DNA of 63,266 nt, counting the filler. It is 6 parts of 6 records of this genome, joined end to end, with 100 filler letters (N's around TTAATTAATTAA, not from the genome) between each part and the next. Parts side by side here need not be neighbours in the genome. Positions count along the whole stretch, not along the records: positions 25,475 to 38,398 come from SRR2962707_3571; positions 38,499 to 52,370 come from SRR2962707_3574; 4 more parts are not named here. One strand, given 5' to 3'. The position numbers and the translations under genes are program-made. Numbering within the stretch: position 1 is the first letter of the stretch; each line of letters starts with the position of its first letter. Below, one piece after another: positions 35,849 through 46,354 of the stretch. The notes under the pieces are model-generated. The model was not told the origin of the DNA, searched no databases, and worked only from the letters and a program-made list of their open reading frames with translations.

Positions 35849-37087
35849 TTATTCAAATCTTAGAGAATCAATAGGGTCTAGTTTGGACGCTTTGTAGGCA
35901 GGAATATATCCTGATATTAATCCCACTACAATTCCAATAGCTACTGCGACAATCATCCATAACCATGGCACAACAAAACCAGAGTTGAAGATTAGTGTAG
36001 ATGTTAGGTTACCAATAGTCATCCCCAGTATAATTCCTCCAATTCCACCCATCTGGCAAATCACGATAGCCTCAATTAAGAATTGTTGACGTATTTTTAA
36101 CGGTGTGGCTCCCAATGCTTTTCTTACACCAATTTCTCTTGTACGCTCTGTTACTGACACCAGCATGATATTCATAAGCCCTATTGATGCACCAATAAGC
36201 GTAACAAAACCGATCGTAAAACCTCCAGCTCTCAGATAGCCAGTAATCTCTCCCATTCGTTCTGCGAGTGATTTACTTGCAGAAAGATCAAATGAATCTT
36301 CTTCTCCGGGTCTGTCCTGACGAATAGCTCTCATCAACCCCCTTGCAACACCCATGGCATTCTCCATTTGTGTTGGGTCAGGAACAGCCACCGCAATTTC
36401 ATATCCAAAATTCCGCTCCGGAGCAATGATTCTGGCCGTTTGCATAGGGATAATAATCGTGCGATCGATACTCGAAGTTCCGCTAGCACCTCCTTGCTCT
36501 GCAATGGTACCGACAATCCTAAACTTTGAACCCATCAGGCTAATCTTCTTTCCAATAGGACTTTCGTTATCTTCAAAAAGCTCATCGATTACATCGCTAC
36601 CTACGAGCGCTACGTAGCTTCCGTTTAAACTCTCATTAGCAGAAAAAGGACGACCCTGTGCCACATCATACCCGTCTACTGTCAGGTAGTTTTCATCTCC
36701 ACCCCGCACAACCTGATTTGGGTTGGTCACTTTGGATCCATATTTTACTTCGGCCTGCCCTGTGATTACTGTATAAATAGAAACCACCCCCGGCCCCTCA
36801 TATTTTTCTTTGAATTGAAGCAACTCATGATAAGTAACCTTTGGATATGTTTTAGCTTTTTTACCATCAGAAGATCCACGATCCACTCTTTTATCTTCAA
36901 TATCAAACGTATTGGCTCCCAGGCTGGAGAAGCTGCTGTTGATCGAGTTTTGAATTCCGTCAATTGCCGTAAGGATTCCAACCAAAGAAGTGATCCCTAT
37001 TGAAATAATAGCAGCTGTAAGAAATGTTCGAAGCTTATTTGCTTTAATGGACTTAATGCCCTCTTTGATGTTTTCTCGAATGTTCAT
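35849..37087 (-). CDS. MacB/FtsX-like ABC transporter permease
   Basis: NKLRTFLT, GLMNIMLVSVTERTREIGVRKALGA, PAYKASKLDPIDSLRFE. Confidence 0.95.
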   Translation of the reverse strand: MNIRENIKEGIKSIKANKLRTFLTAAIISIGITSLVGILTAIDGIQNSINSSFSSLGANTFDIEDKRVDRGSSDGKKAKTYPKVTYHELLQFKEKYEGPGVVSIYTVITGQAEVKYGSKVTNPNQVVRGGDENYLTVDGYDVAQGRPFSANESLNGSYVALVGSDVIDELFEDNESPIGKKISLMGSKFRIVGTIAEQGGASGTSSIDRTIIIPMQTARIIAPERNFGYEIAVAVPDPTQMENAMGVARGLMRAIRQDRPGEEDSFDLSASKSLAERMGEITGYLRAGGFTIGFVTLIGASIGLMNIMLVSVTERTREIGVRKALGATPLKIRQQFLIEAIVICQMGGIGGIILGMTIGNLTSTLIFNSGFVVPWLWMIVAVAIGIVVGLISGYIPAYKASKLDPIDSLRFE

Positions 37088-37147
37088 GGATTGGCCTTAG
37101 TAAAACACACGGTTTTGATTAACGTTGTATATACAAAAGTGATGCAT

Positions 37148-38398
37148 ATGAGGGGAATATTGTTACTAATTTTCTTAAATGTAAGCATAGCCAGCCAGGC
37201 GGCATATATCCTCATCCCAATGGATGAGACCCAGACCAATCACCTGAAGGCTTATGGTATTGCTTACTGGATTCTCACAAAAGAAGTAGAGGTCGATTGG
37301 ATGTTAAACTATAAGGGTGGAAGTTTCATGATCAAGCATCTACAGGCTTTTGAAAATGAATGCATTATTCGTGGAGTTTCATATCAGGTCATCTCTGATG
37401 CAGAAGCCAATGATATCTTAAACATGATTGCCAGCCCCTCCTCAAATATGGATGTGATGAAGTTGGAAAAATTTCCTGAGATAGCTGTTTATTCACCCAA
37501 AAGCAAGCAACCCTGGGATGATGCGGTGACCCTGGTACTTACCTATGCTGAAATCCCGTATGATGTCATTTTCGACGATGAGATTATGGGTGATGAACTT
37601 ACCCGATACGATTGGCTGCATCTGCATCATGAAGATTTTACAGGTCAGTATGGAAAGTTTTATCGCGCTTATCATCACTTTCCCTGGTATCAGCAGCAAC
37701 AACGTGAGTATGAAGAGTCTGCCAGAAAACATGGCTTCAATAAAGTTTCTCAGCTGAAGCTCGCCACTGTACAAAAGATTAAAGCCTACGTGGCTAGCGG
37801 AGGTTTCTTATTTGCTATGTGTTCGGCGACCGATACTTATGATATTGCACTTGCAGCTGAAGGTCTGGATATCGTTGAAAGCATCTATGATGGAGATCCT
37901 GCAGATCCGAGAGCTCAATCTAAGTTGGACTTCTCTAAAACTATGGCTTTCGAGAACTTCACTATCGAGCGTGACCCGATGCGTTACGAGTACTCAAATA
38001 TTGACAATCAAGCCAACGAAAGAGGGCTGGTGGAGAAAAACGATTACTTCACCTTATTTGAGTTTTCTGCAAAGTGGGATCCGATCCCTACAATGCTTAC
38101 CCAAAATCACCAGCAAATCATTCATGGGTTTATGGGTCAAACCACAGGCTTCAAAAAACAGCTGGTAAAAGGGGATGTTATTGTGATGGGACAAACACCC
38201 AGCATCAGTGAAGCTAAGTACATCCACGGAGTTCTGGGAAGAGGCTTTTGGACATTTTATGGCGGTCATGACCCGGAAGATTATCAGCATTTTGTGAATG
38301 AGCCACCAACAGACTTAAATCTGCATCCAAATTCTCCAGGGTATCGACTGATTTTGAACAACATCTTGTTTCCGGCAGCTAAGAAGAAAAAGCAGAAG
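37148..38398 (+). CDS. Conserved Bacteroidota secreted protein (family often labelled 'asparagine synthetase B'); class I glutamine-amidotransferase-like; truncated near the stop
   Basis: Signal peptide; QTNHLKAYGIAYW, DWLHLHHEDFTGQYGKF, GGFLFAMCSAT, GGHDPEDY, LFPAAKKKKQK. Confidence 0.8.
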
Positions 38399-38498
38399 NN
38401 NNNNNNNNNNNNNNNNNNNNNNNNNNNNNNNNNNNNNNNNNNTTAATTAATTAANNNNNNNNNNNNNNNNNNNNNNNNNNNNNNNNNNNNNNNNNNNN
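38399..38498. other. Artificial contig spacer 4
   Basis: N-run with linker; abrupt change from AT-rich to GC-rich sequence. Confidence 0.98.
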
Positions 38499-38849
38499 GT
38501 AATAGAGACCGCGGAACATGTGGATATAAAGCGCCACGAAGAACATCGAGGCGCCCACCGCGTGGACCGCCTGGATGACGCGGCCGCCATTCACGTCACG
38601 ACGGATATGCTCGACCGAGTCGAACGCCATCGCGACATTGGGCGTATAGTGCATGGCCAGGATCACCCCGGTCACGATCTGGATACCCAGGCACATCACC
38701 AGGATGGCCCCGAAGGTCCACCAATAGTTGAGGTTCTTGGGCGTGGGGAAGTCCATCAAGTGTTCTTTGGCAAAACGGACGACCGGCAGGCGGTCATCGA
38801 GCCACTTCTCGACGGCATTTCCGGGAGTGTAGGTAGAATGTTCGGACAT
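38499..38849 (-). CDS. petB: Cytochrome b of the bc1 complex (N-terminal part, truncated)
   Basis: [45 protein letters not shown]. Confidence 0.97.
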
Positions 38850-38863
38850 CGGAAAAGCCCCCA

Positions 38864-39391
38864 CTAACCGATCTGAATCAGCGTATCGCTGACGAATTCA
38901 TATGGCGGAACGACCAAGTTCGCGGGCGCGGGACCACGACGGATGCGGCCAGCCGAGTCATAATGCGAGCCGTGGCAGGGGCAGAACCAGCCATCGAAGT
39001 CACCCGATTCGCCAACCGGAATGCAGCCCAGATGGGTGCAGTTCGCGATCATCACCAGCCACTGTTCGTGACCCGGCTTGGTGCGTTCTTCATCGGTCTG
39101 CGGATCCTTGAGGTCGCTCAGCGGAACTGCCTTGGCCTCTTCAATCTCGGCAGCGGTGCGATGACGCACGAACACCGGCAGGCCGCGCCAGGTGATGGTC
39201 ACCGACTGCCCTTCGGGAATTGCGCCAACATCGAACTCGATGCTGGCCAGCGCCAGGGTCGAAGCGTCGGGGTTGAGCTGGTTGATCAGCGGCCAGACCA
39301 CGGCGGCAGCGCCGACCGCGCCGACGGCGCCGGTGGCGACATAAAGAAAGTCCCGCCGGTTGGTGGATGAATGTTCTGCTTGCGTGGCCAA
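38864..39391 (-). CDS. petA: Rieske Fe-S subunit of ubiquinol-cytochrome c reductase
   Basis: Tat motif NRRDFL, CTHLGC and CPCHGS; TTG start preceded by GGGGA. Confidence 0.97.
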   Translation of the reverse strand: MATQAEHSSTNRRDFLYVATGAVGAVGAAAVVWPLINQLNPDASTLALASIEFDVGAIPEGQSVTITWRGLPVFVRHRTAAEIEEAKAVPLSDLKDPQTDEERTKPGHEQWLVMIANCTHLGCIPVGESGDFDGWFCPCHGSHYDSAGRIRRGPAPANLVVPPYEFVSDTLIQIG

Positions 39392-39618
39392 GGTCCGTAT
39401 CCCCGTAACATGCACATTTGACGGGGCCGGCCCCGGACTGGTCGCCCGCATACGCAGAATCGACCGCCGTGCGCCCTCAAGCGGCCCGTCAGGTCCGTCC
39501 TTTTTGCACTGTCATGGTCGCTTGTCCAGTGCGGGTGCCGTGACAGCGCACAACTGCGACACTATACCCGAGCCAGCCCGGATTTCCGGGCGCTCCATCA
39601 CGCGCGAGACCGCCTGAC

Positions 39619-40107
39619 ATGTCCATAGACTTGGCCCTTTACCAGCCCGACATCGCCGCCAATACCGGCACCTTGCTCCGGCTTGGCGCCTGCCTGGGGG
39701 TAAAGGTCCACATCATCCATCCCGCCGGTTTCGCCCTCACAGATCGCAACCTGACCCGCGCCGGAATGGACTATCTGGACAAGGCGGCGCTTGCCGAACA
39801 TGACAGCTTCGCCGCCTTCCAGGACTGGCGACATGAACAGGGCCGCCGCCTGGTCCTCCTGACCACCAAGGCCAGTCAGTCTGCCTATGAAGTCGCCTAT
39901 CTGCCCGGCGATATCCTCCTGCTCGGCCGCGAAAGCGCCGGCGTTCCCGAAAGCGTCGCCGAAACCGCGGACCTTCGATTGCGCATCCCCATGCGGCCCG
40001 ACTTGCGCTCGATCAATGTGGCCATCGCCGGTGCCATGATATTGGGCGAAGCATTGCGCCAGACCGGCACCCTGCCCGGCATGACGCCCTTTACAGAACA
40101 GAGCTGA
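39619..40107 (+). CDS. trmL: tRNA (cytidine(34)-2'-O)-methyltransferase
   Basis: [27 protein letters not shown]...RSINVA SPOUT motifs. Confidence 0.93.
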   Translation: MSIDLALYQPDIAANTGTLLRLGACLGVKVHIIHPAGFALTDRNLTRAGMDYLDKAALAEHDSFAAFQDWRHEQGRRLVLLTTKASQSAYEVAYLPGDILLLGRESAGVPESVAETADLRLRIPMRPDLRSINVAIAGAMILGEALRQTGTLPGMTPFTEQS

Positions 40108-40124
40108 AGGTTCATTCCACCGCC

Positions 40125-41012
40125 ATGACTGCGCCAGCCCCCACCCTGCCTGCCGATATCGAGACCAAGAAAACCGCCGCCAGCGCCTGGTTCCGGACGC
40201 TGCGCGACCGAATCTGCGCCGAACTCGAAACCATCGAGGCCGAAGTCACCGGCCCCCATGCCGAGATGGGCCCGGGCCGCTTCGAGCGCACAGCATGGGA
40301 CCGCGCAGCCGGTGGCGGCGGCGAAATGTCGATGCTGCATGGCCGGGTCTTCGAAAAGGCAGGCGTGCACATCTCCACCGTGCACGGCCATTTCACCGAG
40401 GATTTTGCCAAGCAGATGCCGGGCACCGAAGCCGGCACGGCATTCTGGAGCTCGGGCATTTCGCTCATCATCCACCCCTGGAACCCCCACGTTCCCGCAG
40501 TGCACATGAACACCCGCATGATCGTCACCGGCCGGCAATGGTGGGGCGGCGGCGCTGATCTCACCCCGGTGCTCGACAATCGCCGCACCCAGACTGACCC
40601 CGACACAATCGACTTCCACGCCGCCATGCAGGCCGCTTGCGAAGGCCGCCCCGGCGTCGACTATGAACGCTTCAAGGCCTGGTGCGACGAGTATTTCTTC
40701 CTGCCGCACCGCAACGAGCATCGCGGCATTGGCGGCATTTTCTACGATCACTTCAATTCCGGCGACTGGAACGCCGATTTCGGCTTCACCCAGGCCGTCG
40801 GCGAGGCCTTTCTCGGCATCTACCCCAGGCTGGTCCGCCGCAATTTCGAAAAGCCTTGGTCCGAAGCCGAGCGCGACGAACAGCTCGTCCGCCGCGGTCG
40901 CTATGTCGAGTTCAACCTGCTCTACGATCGCGGCACCACCTTCGGTCTCAAGACCGGTGGCAATGTCAATTCGATCCTCTCCTCCATGCCGCCTGCGGTG
41001 AAGTGGCCCTGA
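40125..41012 (+). CDS. hemF: Oxygen-dependent coproporphyrinogen III oxidase
   Basis: [49 protein letters not shown]. Confidence 0.97.
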   Translation: MTAPAPTLPADIETKKTAASAWFRTLRDRICAELETIEAEVTGPHAEMGPGRFERTAWDRAAGGGGEMSMLHGRVFEKAGVHISTVHGHFTEDFAKQMPGTEAGTAFWSSGISLIIHPWNPHVPAVHMNTRMIVTGRQWWGGGADLTPVLDNRRTQTDPDTIDFHAAMQAACEGRPGVDYERFKAWCDEYFFLPHRNEHRGIGGIFYDHFNSGDWNADFGFTQAVGEAFLGIYPRLVRRNFEKPWSEAERDEQLVRRGRYVEFNLLYDRGTTFGLKTGGNVNSILSSMPPAVKWP

Positions 41013-41062
41013 TACTTTTCCCAAGCTTGGCACGACCGGGTCGGCGACATTAGGATTCGATC

Positions 41063-42199
41063 ATGTCCATCAGCGATCTCGACATCACCGGCTATCGTTC
41101 GATCCGCTCGATCCGCTTTCCATTGAGGCGGCTTACGGTGCTGGTCGGCGGCAATGGCGTGGGCAAGACCAACCTCTATCGTGCACTCGAACTGGTGCAT
41201 GCTGCGGCCACCGGCGACCTGGCGCTGTCGATTGCCCGCGAGGGCGGCCTGGCCTCCGCCATGTGGGCCGGTCAGCGCCGCGCCAATGAGAAGCCACGTC
41301 TGGCTCTGGATGTGGGTCTCGACACCATTCTGCCCGGAGACGAGGAGGCCGCCTTCCTGCCGCGCTATTCAGTGGAAATTGGCTATGGCGACAGCCGCTA
41401 TGAGGCTATCTTCTCCGAAGAGCCCAAGATCAAGGCCGAGAGCCTCATCCTGCCCAGCCGGCGGACAGTCACGCTGCTCGAGCGCAAGGGACCCGCGGCC
41501 TGGTATCGCGATCAGGACGGGCGCATGCGCCAGCTCGACCATCCCTTGCTCGCCAGCGAAACCGCCCTCTCCGCCTTGCGCGGCACCCTGCCCGAACTCG
41601 ACGCTGCCCGCCACCTGCTCGCGTCCTGGCGCTTCTACCACAGCTTCCGGACCGATCCGGATTCCCCGCTCCGCCGCCCTTCCCTGGCCGTCACCGCCCC
41701 AACGCTCGACGCTGATGGCGGCAATCTGGGCGCAGTCCTGGCGACGCTTCGGCACATCCGTGGGGACACAGTCGATCTCGACGAAGCCATCGACCAGGCC
41801 TTTCCCGGCGCGCGGCTGAACGTTCCGCCGCCGGAACGCGACGCCAGTTTTTCCATGAGCTTTCCCGAAATACCGCATCGCGCATTCGGCCCGGCCGAAT
41901 TGTCCGATGGCACAATGCAATTCCTGGCACTGCTCGGTGCCCTGCTCGCCTATCGCCTGCCGCCCTTCATCGCGCTCAACGAACCGGAAACCTCGCTGCA
42001 CCCGGATCTCCTGCCGGCCCTGGCGCGTGCCATCGCCCGCGCGGCCACGCGCAGCCAGGTCTGGGTGGTCACGCATTCTGTGCCCCTGGCCAACGCCATC
42101 GCCGATCAGACCGGCATTGTCCCGCGCACCGTCATCCGCCGCGATGGCGCAACCTGGATCGAGGGACTCTCGGACATCGGCATCTTCCCGGACGAATAG
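41063..42199 (+). CDS. RecF/SMC-like ABC-type (AAA family) ATPase
   Basis: GYRSI, Walker A GGNGVGKT, signature LSDGT, Walker B variant IALNEPE, VVTHS. Confidence 0.9.
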   Translation: MSISDLDITGYRSIRSIRFPLRRLTVLVGGNGVGKTNLYRALELVHAAATGDLALSIAREGGLASAMWAGQRRANEKPRLALDVGLDTILPGDEEAAFLPRYSVEIGYGDSRYEAIFSEEPKIKAESLILPSRRTVTLLERKGPAAWYRDQDGRMRQLDHPLLASETALSALRGTLPELDAARHLLASWRFYHSFRTDPDSPLRRPSLAVTAPTLDADGGNLGAVLATLRHIRGDTVDLDEAIDQAFPGARLNVPPPERDASFSMSFPEIPHRAFGPAELSDGTMQFLALLGALLAYRLPPFIALNEPETSLHPDLLPALARAIARAATRSQVWVVTHSVPLANAIADQTGIVPRTVIRRDGATWIEGLSDIGIFPDE

Positions 42200-42268
42200 C
42201 GGGAACCTTTTGAACATCGCCGCGTTCCGTCAGACCCGCCAAAGGGAGCGACACAAGGAGGTTCAGCG

Positions 42269-42469
42269 ATGAAGCGCTTTGATTCCGGCACACTCATTCC
42301 AGGGTCCACCTGGCGCGCCGAAGCCGAAACTGAGGCTGAAGTTGTGCGACGTGCGGTCGAAAACATGCGAAATCTCAACGGCGAAGCCGAAGTGCGCCCC
42401 GATATGGTCGAGCGCATCAAGGAACGTATCGTCGATGTCGACGACACGGGTCACCAGACCCGGCACTGA
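42269..42469 (+). CDS. DUF1059-like small protein
   Basis: AAGGAGG RBS; GTLIPGSTWRAEAETEAEVVRRAVE...IKERI. Confidence 0.8.
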   Translation: MKRFDSGTLIPGSTWRAEAETEAEVVRRAVENMRNLNGEAEVRPDMVERIKERIVDVDDTGHQTRH

Positions 42470-42475
42470 CCACTC

Positions 42476-42500
42476 AAGCCCCGGTTTTCCGGGGCTTTTT
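42476..42500 (+). terminator. Intrinsic terminator
   Basis: AAGCCCCGG-TTTT-CCGGGGCTTTTT. Confidence 0.9.
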
Positions 42501-42517
42501 CATTTGCTCGCCATGAG

Positions 42518-43693
42518 CTAGTGGAAAATCCGCTCCAGCAGCGCCTCCTTGCTGGCCGAAAATTCGCTTTCCACCCAGGCGCGCTCCATGATGGCCAGTG
42601 CCGCGCCCATATCGGGTCCCGGCTTCATGCCCCGCGCTTCCAGGTCTGCGCCACCAACCGGCAATGGCGCCACCGGCAGCCGCCCAATATCGCGCGCCAG
42701 CTCTGCCAATTGTTCACGCGGCCAGCCCTCCTCGGCGGCCGCAACCGCCAGCCCCTCAACGGCATCTTCGCCGAACCGATAGGCGGCCCAGCCAACATCG
42801 CCGCGCCGCAACAGCGCTGCGGCTTCCCCGATATGTTCGGCATGCGCAATCAGCGCCTTGCTCAGCCGCCAGTCCGCCTGCCGTTGGGCCAGATCATCGC
42901 GCCCAAGCATGGCCAGCCGCGCCGCTGTGCTCTGCCCACCCAGCGCCTCATAGCGTTGCAGCGCTGTCACCGCGCCCGGTGCCAGACGCACCAGGCCCAG
43001 CCGATCCATCAGGGCCAGCGTCGTTGCAACACGCGGCAGGGCCAGCATGCGCAGCATTTCGGCCCCCACCCGCTCGCGCGAAATATGGTCCAGCTCATCG
43101 GCTGCTGACTGACACGCCGACAACCCGTCCGGGTCGAACCGTTCGCCCGCATGGCTGGCCGAGAATCGGAAGAACCGATAGACCCGCAATCCGTCCTCGG
43201 CGATCCGCTGCGTTGCATCCCCGATAAAGCGCACCCGCCCATTGATCAGATCCCCGGCGCCACCGAGCGGATCGAACAATCGTCCATCGCAAAAGCAGTA
43301 AAGCGCGTTGAGCGTAAAATCGCGCCGCGCCGCATCGGCCACCCAGTCCGTGCCAAAGGCCACCTCGGCGTGCCGGCCATTGGTGACCACATCCTGGCGC
43401 AGCGTGGTCACTTCCACGCTCGTTTCATCCAGCCGCAAGGTCACCGTGCCATGCTCGATGCCGGTCGGATAGGCGTTGATCCCCGCCGCCTTGGCCCGCT
43501 GCATCACGGCCACCGGCAGTAGTTCGGTCGCCATGTCGATATCGGCGTGTTCGCGCATGCGCCCAATCAGGCTGTCGCGCACCACCCCGCCCACGGCCCT
43601 TGTCTTGCCTTCCGCGCCATCAAGCGCCGCGAAAATCGCGCGCACCTGCGGTCGTTCCAGCCATTCCGCACCCTCGAGCCGATCCGGTATCAC
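42518..43693 (-). CDS. cca: CCA tRNA nucleotidyltransferase / poly(A) polymerase family
   Basis: VGGVVRD, DIDMAT, EVTTLR, DAARRDFTLNAL, EDGLRVYRFFRF. Confidence 0.9.
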   Translation of the reverse strand: MIPDRLEGAEWLERPQVRAIFAALDGAEGKTRAVGGVVRDSLIGRMREHADIDMATELLPVAVMQRAKAAGINAYPTGIEHGTVTLRLDETSVEVTTLRQDVVTNGRHAEVAFGTDWVADAARRDFTLNALYCFCDGRLFDPLGGAGDLINGRVRFIGDATQRIAEDGLRVYRFFRFSASHAGERFDPDGLSACQSAADELDHISRERVGAEMLRMLALPRVATTLALMDRLGLVRLAPGAVTALQRYEALGGQSTAARLAMLGRDDLAQRQADWRLSKALIAHAEHIGEAAALLRRGDVGWAAYRFGEDAVEGLAVAAAEEGWPREQLAELARDIGRLPVAPLPVGGADLEARGMKPGPDMGAALAIMERAWVESEFSASKEALLERIFH

Positions 43694-44316
43694 GCAGCCA
43701 CCTCGCCCACCACCAGGTCGCGAAACTGCCGGGTCAGGTTGGCGGTAATGCCCCAGATGACATGCCCGTCGTGGTCGATCTGCCAGGTCGAATGTTCCTT
43801 GCCGCCACGGCTGATGCGGAAGCGCCCATAGCTCCGGGCGTCCAGAATGCGCTCCAGCGGCACCTCGAACACCGAATGCACTTCGCCCGGATTGGGCACA
43901 AATGGTCCGGTCGGATCGACTTCGGCCACCACCGGCGTAATCAGGTAATTGGTGCCGGTATAATAGGTCTCCATATAGCCCAGAATGGTCGCATCACGCG
44001 CCATCATGCCCACCTCTTCATTGGCCTCGCGCAGGGCCGCCGCCGCAGGGCCATCATCCGATCCATCGATTTTGCCGCCGGGAAAGGCCACCTGGCCCGA
44101 ATGCGCCCGCAGATCGGGGGATCGCTCGGTATAGAGCACGGTATGTCCTTCCGGGCGCCGCACCAGCGCGATCAGCACAGCAGCCGGGACGGGCGCACGT
44201 TCAAACGGCTTGAGAGGTTGCCAGTCGGGCACCAGTGCCCGCGCCGGCGGCAGGTCTGGCGGATCAGCCAGCAATCTGGGGGACAGCAGCCGGACTATTT
44301 CAGAGCTTGGAGCCAA
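43690..44316 (-). CDS. CoA pyrophosphatase (NudL-like NUDIX)
   Basis: AAVLI, LRAHSGQVAFPGG, AALREANEEVG, IWGITA. Confidence 0.92.
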   Translation of the reverse strand: MAPSSEIVRLLSPRLLADPPDLPPARALVPDWQPLKPFERAPVPAAVLIALVRRPEGHTVLYTERSPDLRAHSGQVAFPGGKIDGSDDGPAAAALREANEEVGMMARDATILGYMETYYTGTNYLITPVVAEVDPTGPFVPNPGEVHSVFEVPLERILDARSYGRFRISRGGKEHSTWQIDHDGHVIWGITANLTRQFRDLVVGEVAA

Positions 44317-44392
44317 AGCGCACCCGGGACCATTTCAGAGCAACGGGACGAATGTAGTCATCCCGCTCCCATCCTGCACCCCCCTTTTGGCG

Positions 44393-44941
44393 TCACGCCT
44401 CCGGATCAAAGGCAGCAATTTCGCCCTTGAGCGATTTGGCCAGGCTCTTGTCCTCGGCCAGCAGCAGCACGCGCGTTGGGTCGACCGGGCCGGGAAACTG
44501 GATATTGCCCGGCGTGGTGATGTCCCAGCCCAGCGGGCAATAATAGTCCTGGTCGCCCACCAGCAGCACGAATTGCCCCTCGCCCCGCGCCAGCGCCAGC
44601 TTAGCCACTTCCCGCGCCAGCAGCTTGCCGGCGCCCCGCTTCCTGAAATTGGGGTGGGTCGCCAGCGGCCCCAGCAGATAGCCCTTGAGCCCGTCAACGC
44701 TGATCGGGGTCATCCAGACCGAGCCGCAGGCGGTGCCATCCACCTCGGCGATCAGGCTCAGGCTTGGATCGATTGGAAACTGCTCCCGCACTCGAAAGGC
44801 CGTGCGCGCAAACCGGCCCGGACCAAAGGCGATGGCCTGCAGCTCATCGACAAAAACATCATCGGCAGCGGTAGCGGCCCGAACAGTCAATTGGCCGGCG
44901 GCAGGAGAAGAGGCGGCCTCGGCCGCAACGAGCGTGGTCAT
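44393..44941 (-). CDS. GNAT family N-acetyltransferase (YhbS-like)
   Basis: AFGPGRFARTAFRVRE, LLGPLA.HP.FRKRGAG, LLVGDQDYY, PGPVDPTR. Confidence 0.92.
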   Translation of the reverse strand: MTTLVAAEAASSPAAGQLTVRAATAADDVFVDELQAIAFGPGRFARTAFRVREQFPIDPSLSLIAEVDGTACGSVWMTPISVDGLKGYLLGPLATHPNFRKRGAGKLLAREVAKLALARGEGQFVLLVGDQDYYCPLGWDITTPGNIQFPGPVDPTRVLLLAEDKSLAKSLKGEIAAFDPEA

Positions 44942-44965
44942 GGGTCTGATCCAGGAAAAGATGTG

Positions 44966-45000
44966 CAGAAAAACGTGCGGATCGGCCACCGGCCCTCCGC
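44966..45000 (-). promoter_or_regulatory. Candidate attenuator hairpin in the GNAT leader
   Basis: Minus strand GCGGA-G-GGCC-ggt-GGCC-GA-TCCGC followed by ACGTTTTTCT. Confidence 0.45.
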
Positions 45001-45013
45001 TCTAAACGACCAA

Positions 45014-45049
45014 CTAGGGTCGTCGGTTCATCTGCAAAACTTTCACCAT
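45014..45049 (-). CDS. Putative 11-aa leader peptide MVKVLQMNRRP
   Basis: GGAGG Shine-Dalgarno about 8 nt before the ATG; ends CGA CGA CCC TAG; 72 nt upstream of the GNAT start. Confidence 0.6.
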   Translation of the reverse strand: MVKVLQMNRRP

Positions 45050-45298
45050 CCTGGACGCCTCCACGTCTGGAACCCGATTAGCACCCACGCGGTTGGTCGT
45101 AAATGGGAATATTGGGGCCATGCTTCCGAATTCCTTGGCGTCCGGCGCAACCGTTTCGCGATTGCGCAACAGTGTGTTGCCGCCAGGACCCTTTTTGTCC
45201 GCCGCTTCACTTCATAGCTAAGGGGCAAGAACCGATCCAACCGGCAGGGTCATTCAATCCGCAAATGCCGACAGCAAGATGACCGAAAGGCAGTTTCA

Positions 45299-46258
45299 AT
45301 GGGACAGTTGATCGACGGAAAATGGTCGACCCAGTGGTATGACACGAGCAAGTCCGGCGGCAAATTCGTTCGCTCGCAGGCCGGCTTCCGCAACTGGATC
45401 ACCCCCGACGGCAGCCCCGGCCCCTCGGGCGAAGGCGGGTTCGCGGCCGAAGCGGATCGCTACCATCTCTATGTTTCCCTCGCCTGCCCCTGGGCACATC
45501 GCACCCTGATCTTGCGCAAGCTCAAGGAGCTCGAGAGCCTGATTTCGGTCTCGGTTGTCGCCCACAAGATGCCGGACGAGACCGGCTGGAATTTCGACAA
45601 GAACGAAGGCTCGACGGGCGATGCCCTGTTCGGCAAGGACAACCTCTGGCAAGTCTATACCCAGGCCGTGCCCGACTATACCGGCCGCGTCACTGTTCCG
45701 CTGCTCTGGGACAAGAAGACCGGCACCATCGTGTCCAACGAAAGCTCGGAAATCATCCGCATGTTCAATTCGGCCTTCAACGAATTGACCGGCAACACCG
45801 ACGACTACTATCCCGAGGCCCTGCGCCCGCGCATCGACAAGATCAATGCCCGCGTCTATGACGACATCAACAATGGCGTCTACAAGTCCGGCTTCGCCAC
45901 CACCCAGGACGCCTATGACGAGGCGGTCACCAAGCTCTTCGACGCGCTCGACTGGGTTGAGGGCCTGTTGGGCGAAACCGCCTATCTGACCGGCGATACC
46001 ATCACCGAGGCCGATTGGCGGCTCTTCACCACCCTGGTGCGCTTCGATGCGGTCTATGTCGGCCACTTCAAGACCAACCGCAAGCGCATCGCCGACTACC
46101 CCAACCTCAGCCATTACCTCAAGGCGCTCTACGAGGTTCCCGGCATCAAGGAAACGGTCGATCTCGACCATATCCGCACCCATTATTACTGGAGCCACAC
46201 CACCATCAATCCGCACCGCATCGTGCCCATCGGCCCCGAACTGCCGTTCCTGGATTGA
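45299..46258 (+). CDS. yqjG: Glutathionyl-hydroquinone reductase (YqjG/omega-like GST)
   Basis: RYHLYVSLACPWAHR, TVPLLWD, NESSEI, INNGVYKSGFA, HYYWSH. Confidence 0.93.
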   Translation: MGQLIDGKWSTQWYDTSKSGGKFVRSQAGFRNWITPDGSPGPSGEGGFAAEADRYHLYVSLACPWAHRTLILRKLKELESLISVSVVAHKMPDETGWNFDKNEGSTGDALFGKDNLWQVYTQAVPDYTGRVTVPLLWDKKTGTIVSNESSEIIRMFNSAFNELTGNTDDYYPEALRPRIDKINARVYDDINNGVYKSGFATTQDAYDEAVTKLFDALDWVEGLLGETAYLTGDTITEADWRLFTTLVRFDAVYVGHFKTNRKRIADYPNLSHYLKALYEVPGIKETVDLDHIRTHYYWSHTTINPHRIVPIGPELPFLD

Positions 46259-46283
46259 GGTCTTCGTTAACCCTCGGCGTTCA

Positions 46284-46351
46284 CCTCCCCTTTTTCAGGG
46301 GAGGTAGCGTCGCTGGGCCCACTGGGCCGTGGCAAAGCGGGGCGGGGGTAA
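46284..46351. repeat. REP-like palindromic element between convergent genes
   Basis: ACCTCCCC-TTTTTCA-GGGGAGGT followed by a second GC hairpin and GGGGCGGGGG. Confidence 0.5.
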
Positions 46352-46354
46352 ACC

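Noticed and set aside
41063-42199. AAA/ABC ATPase as part of a defence system (Gabija, Septu, PARIS)
   Set aside because: No nuclease, TOPRIM or helicase partner is adjacent; composition matches the host; flanked by housekeeping genes.
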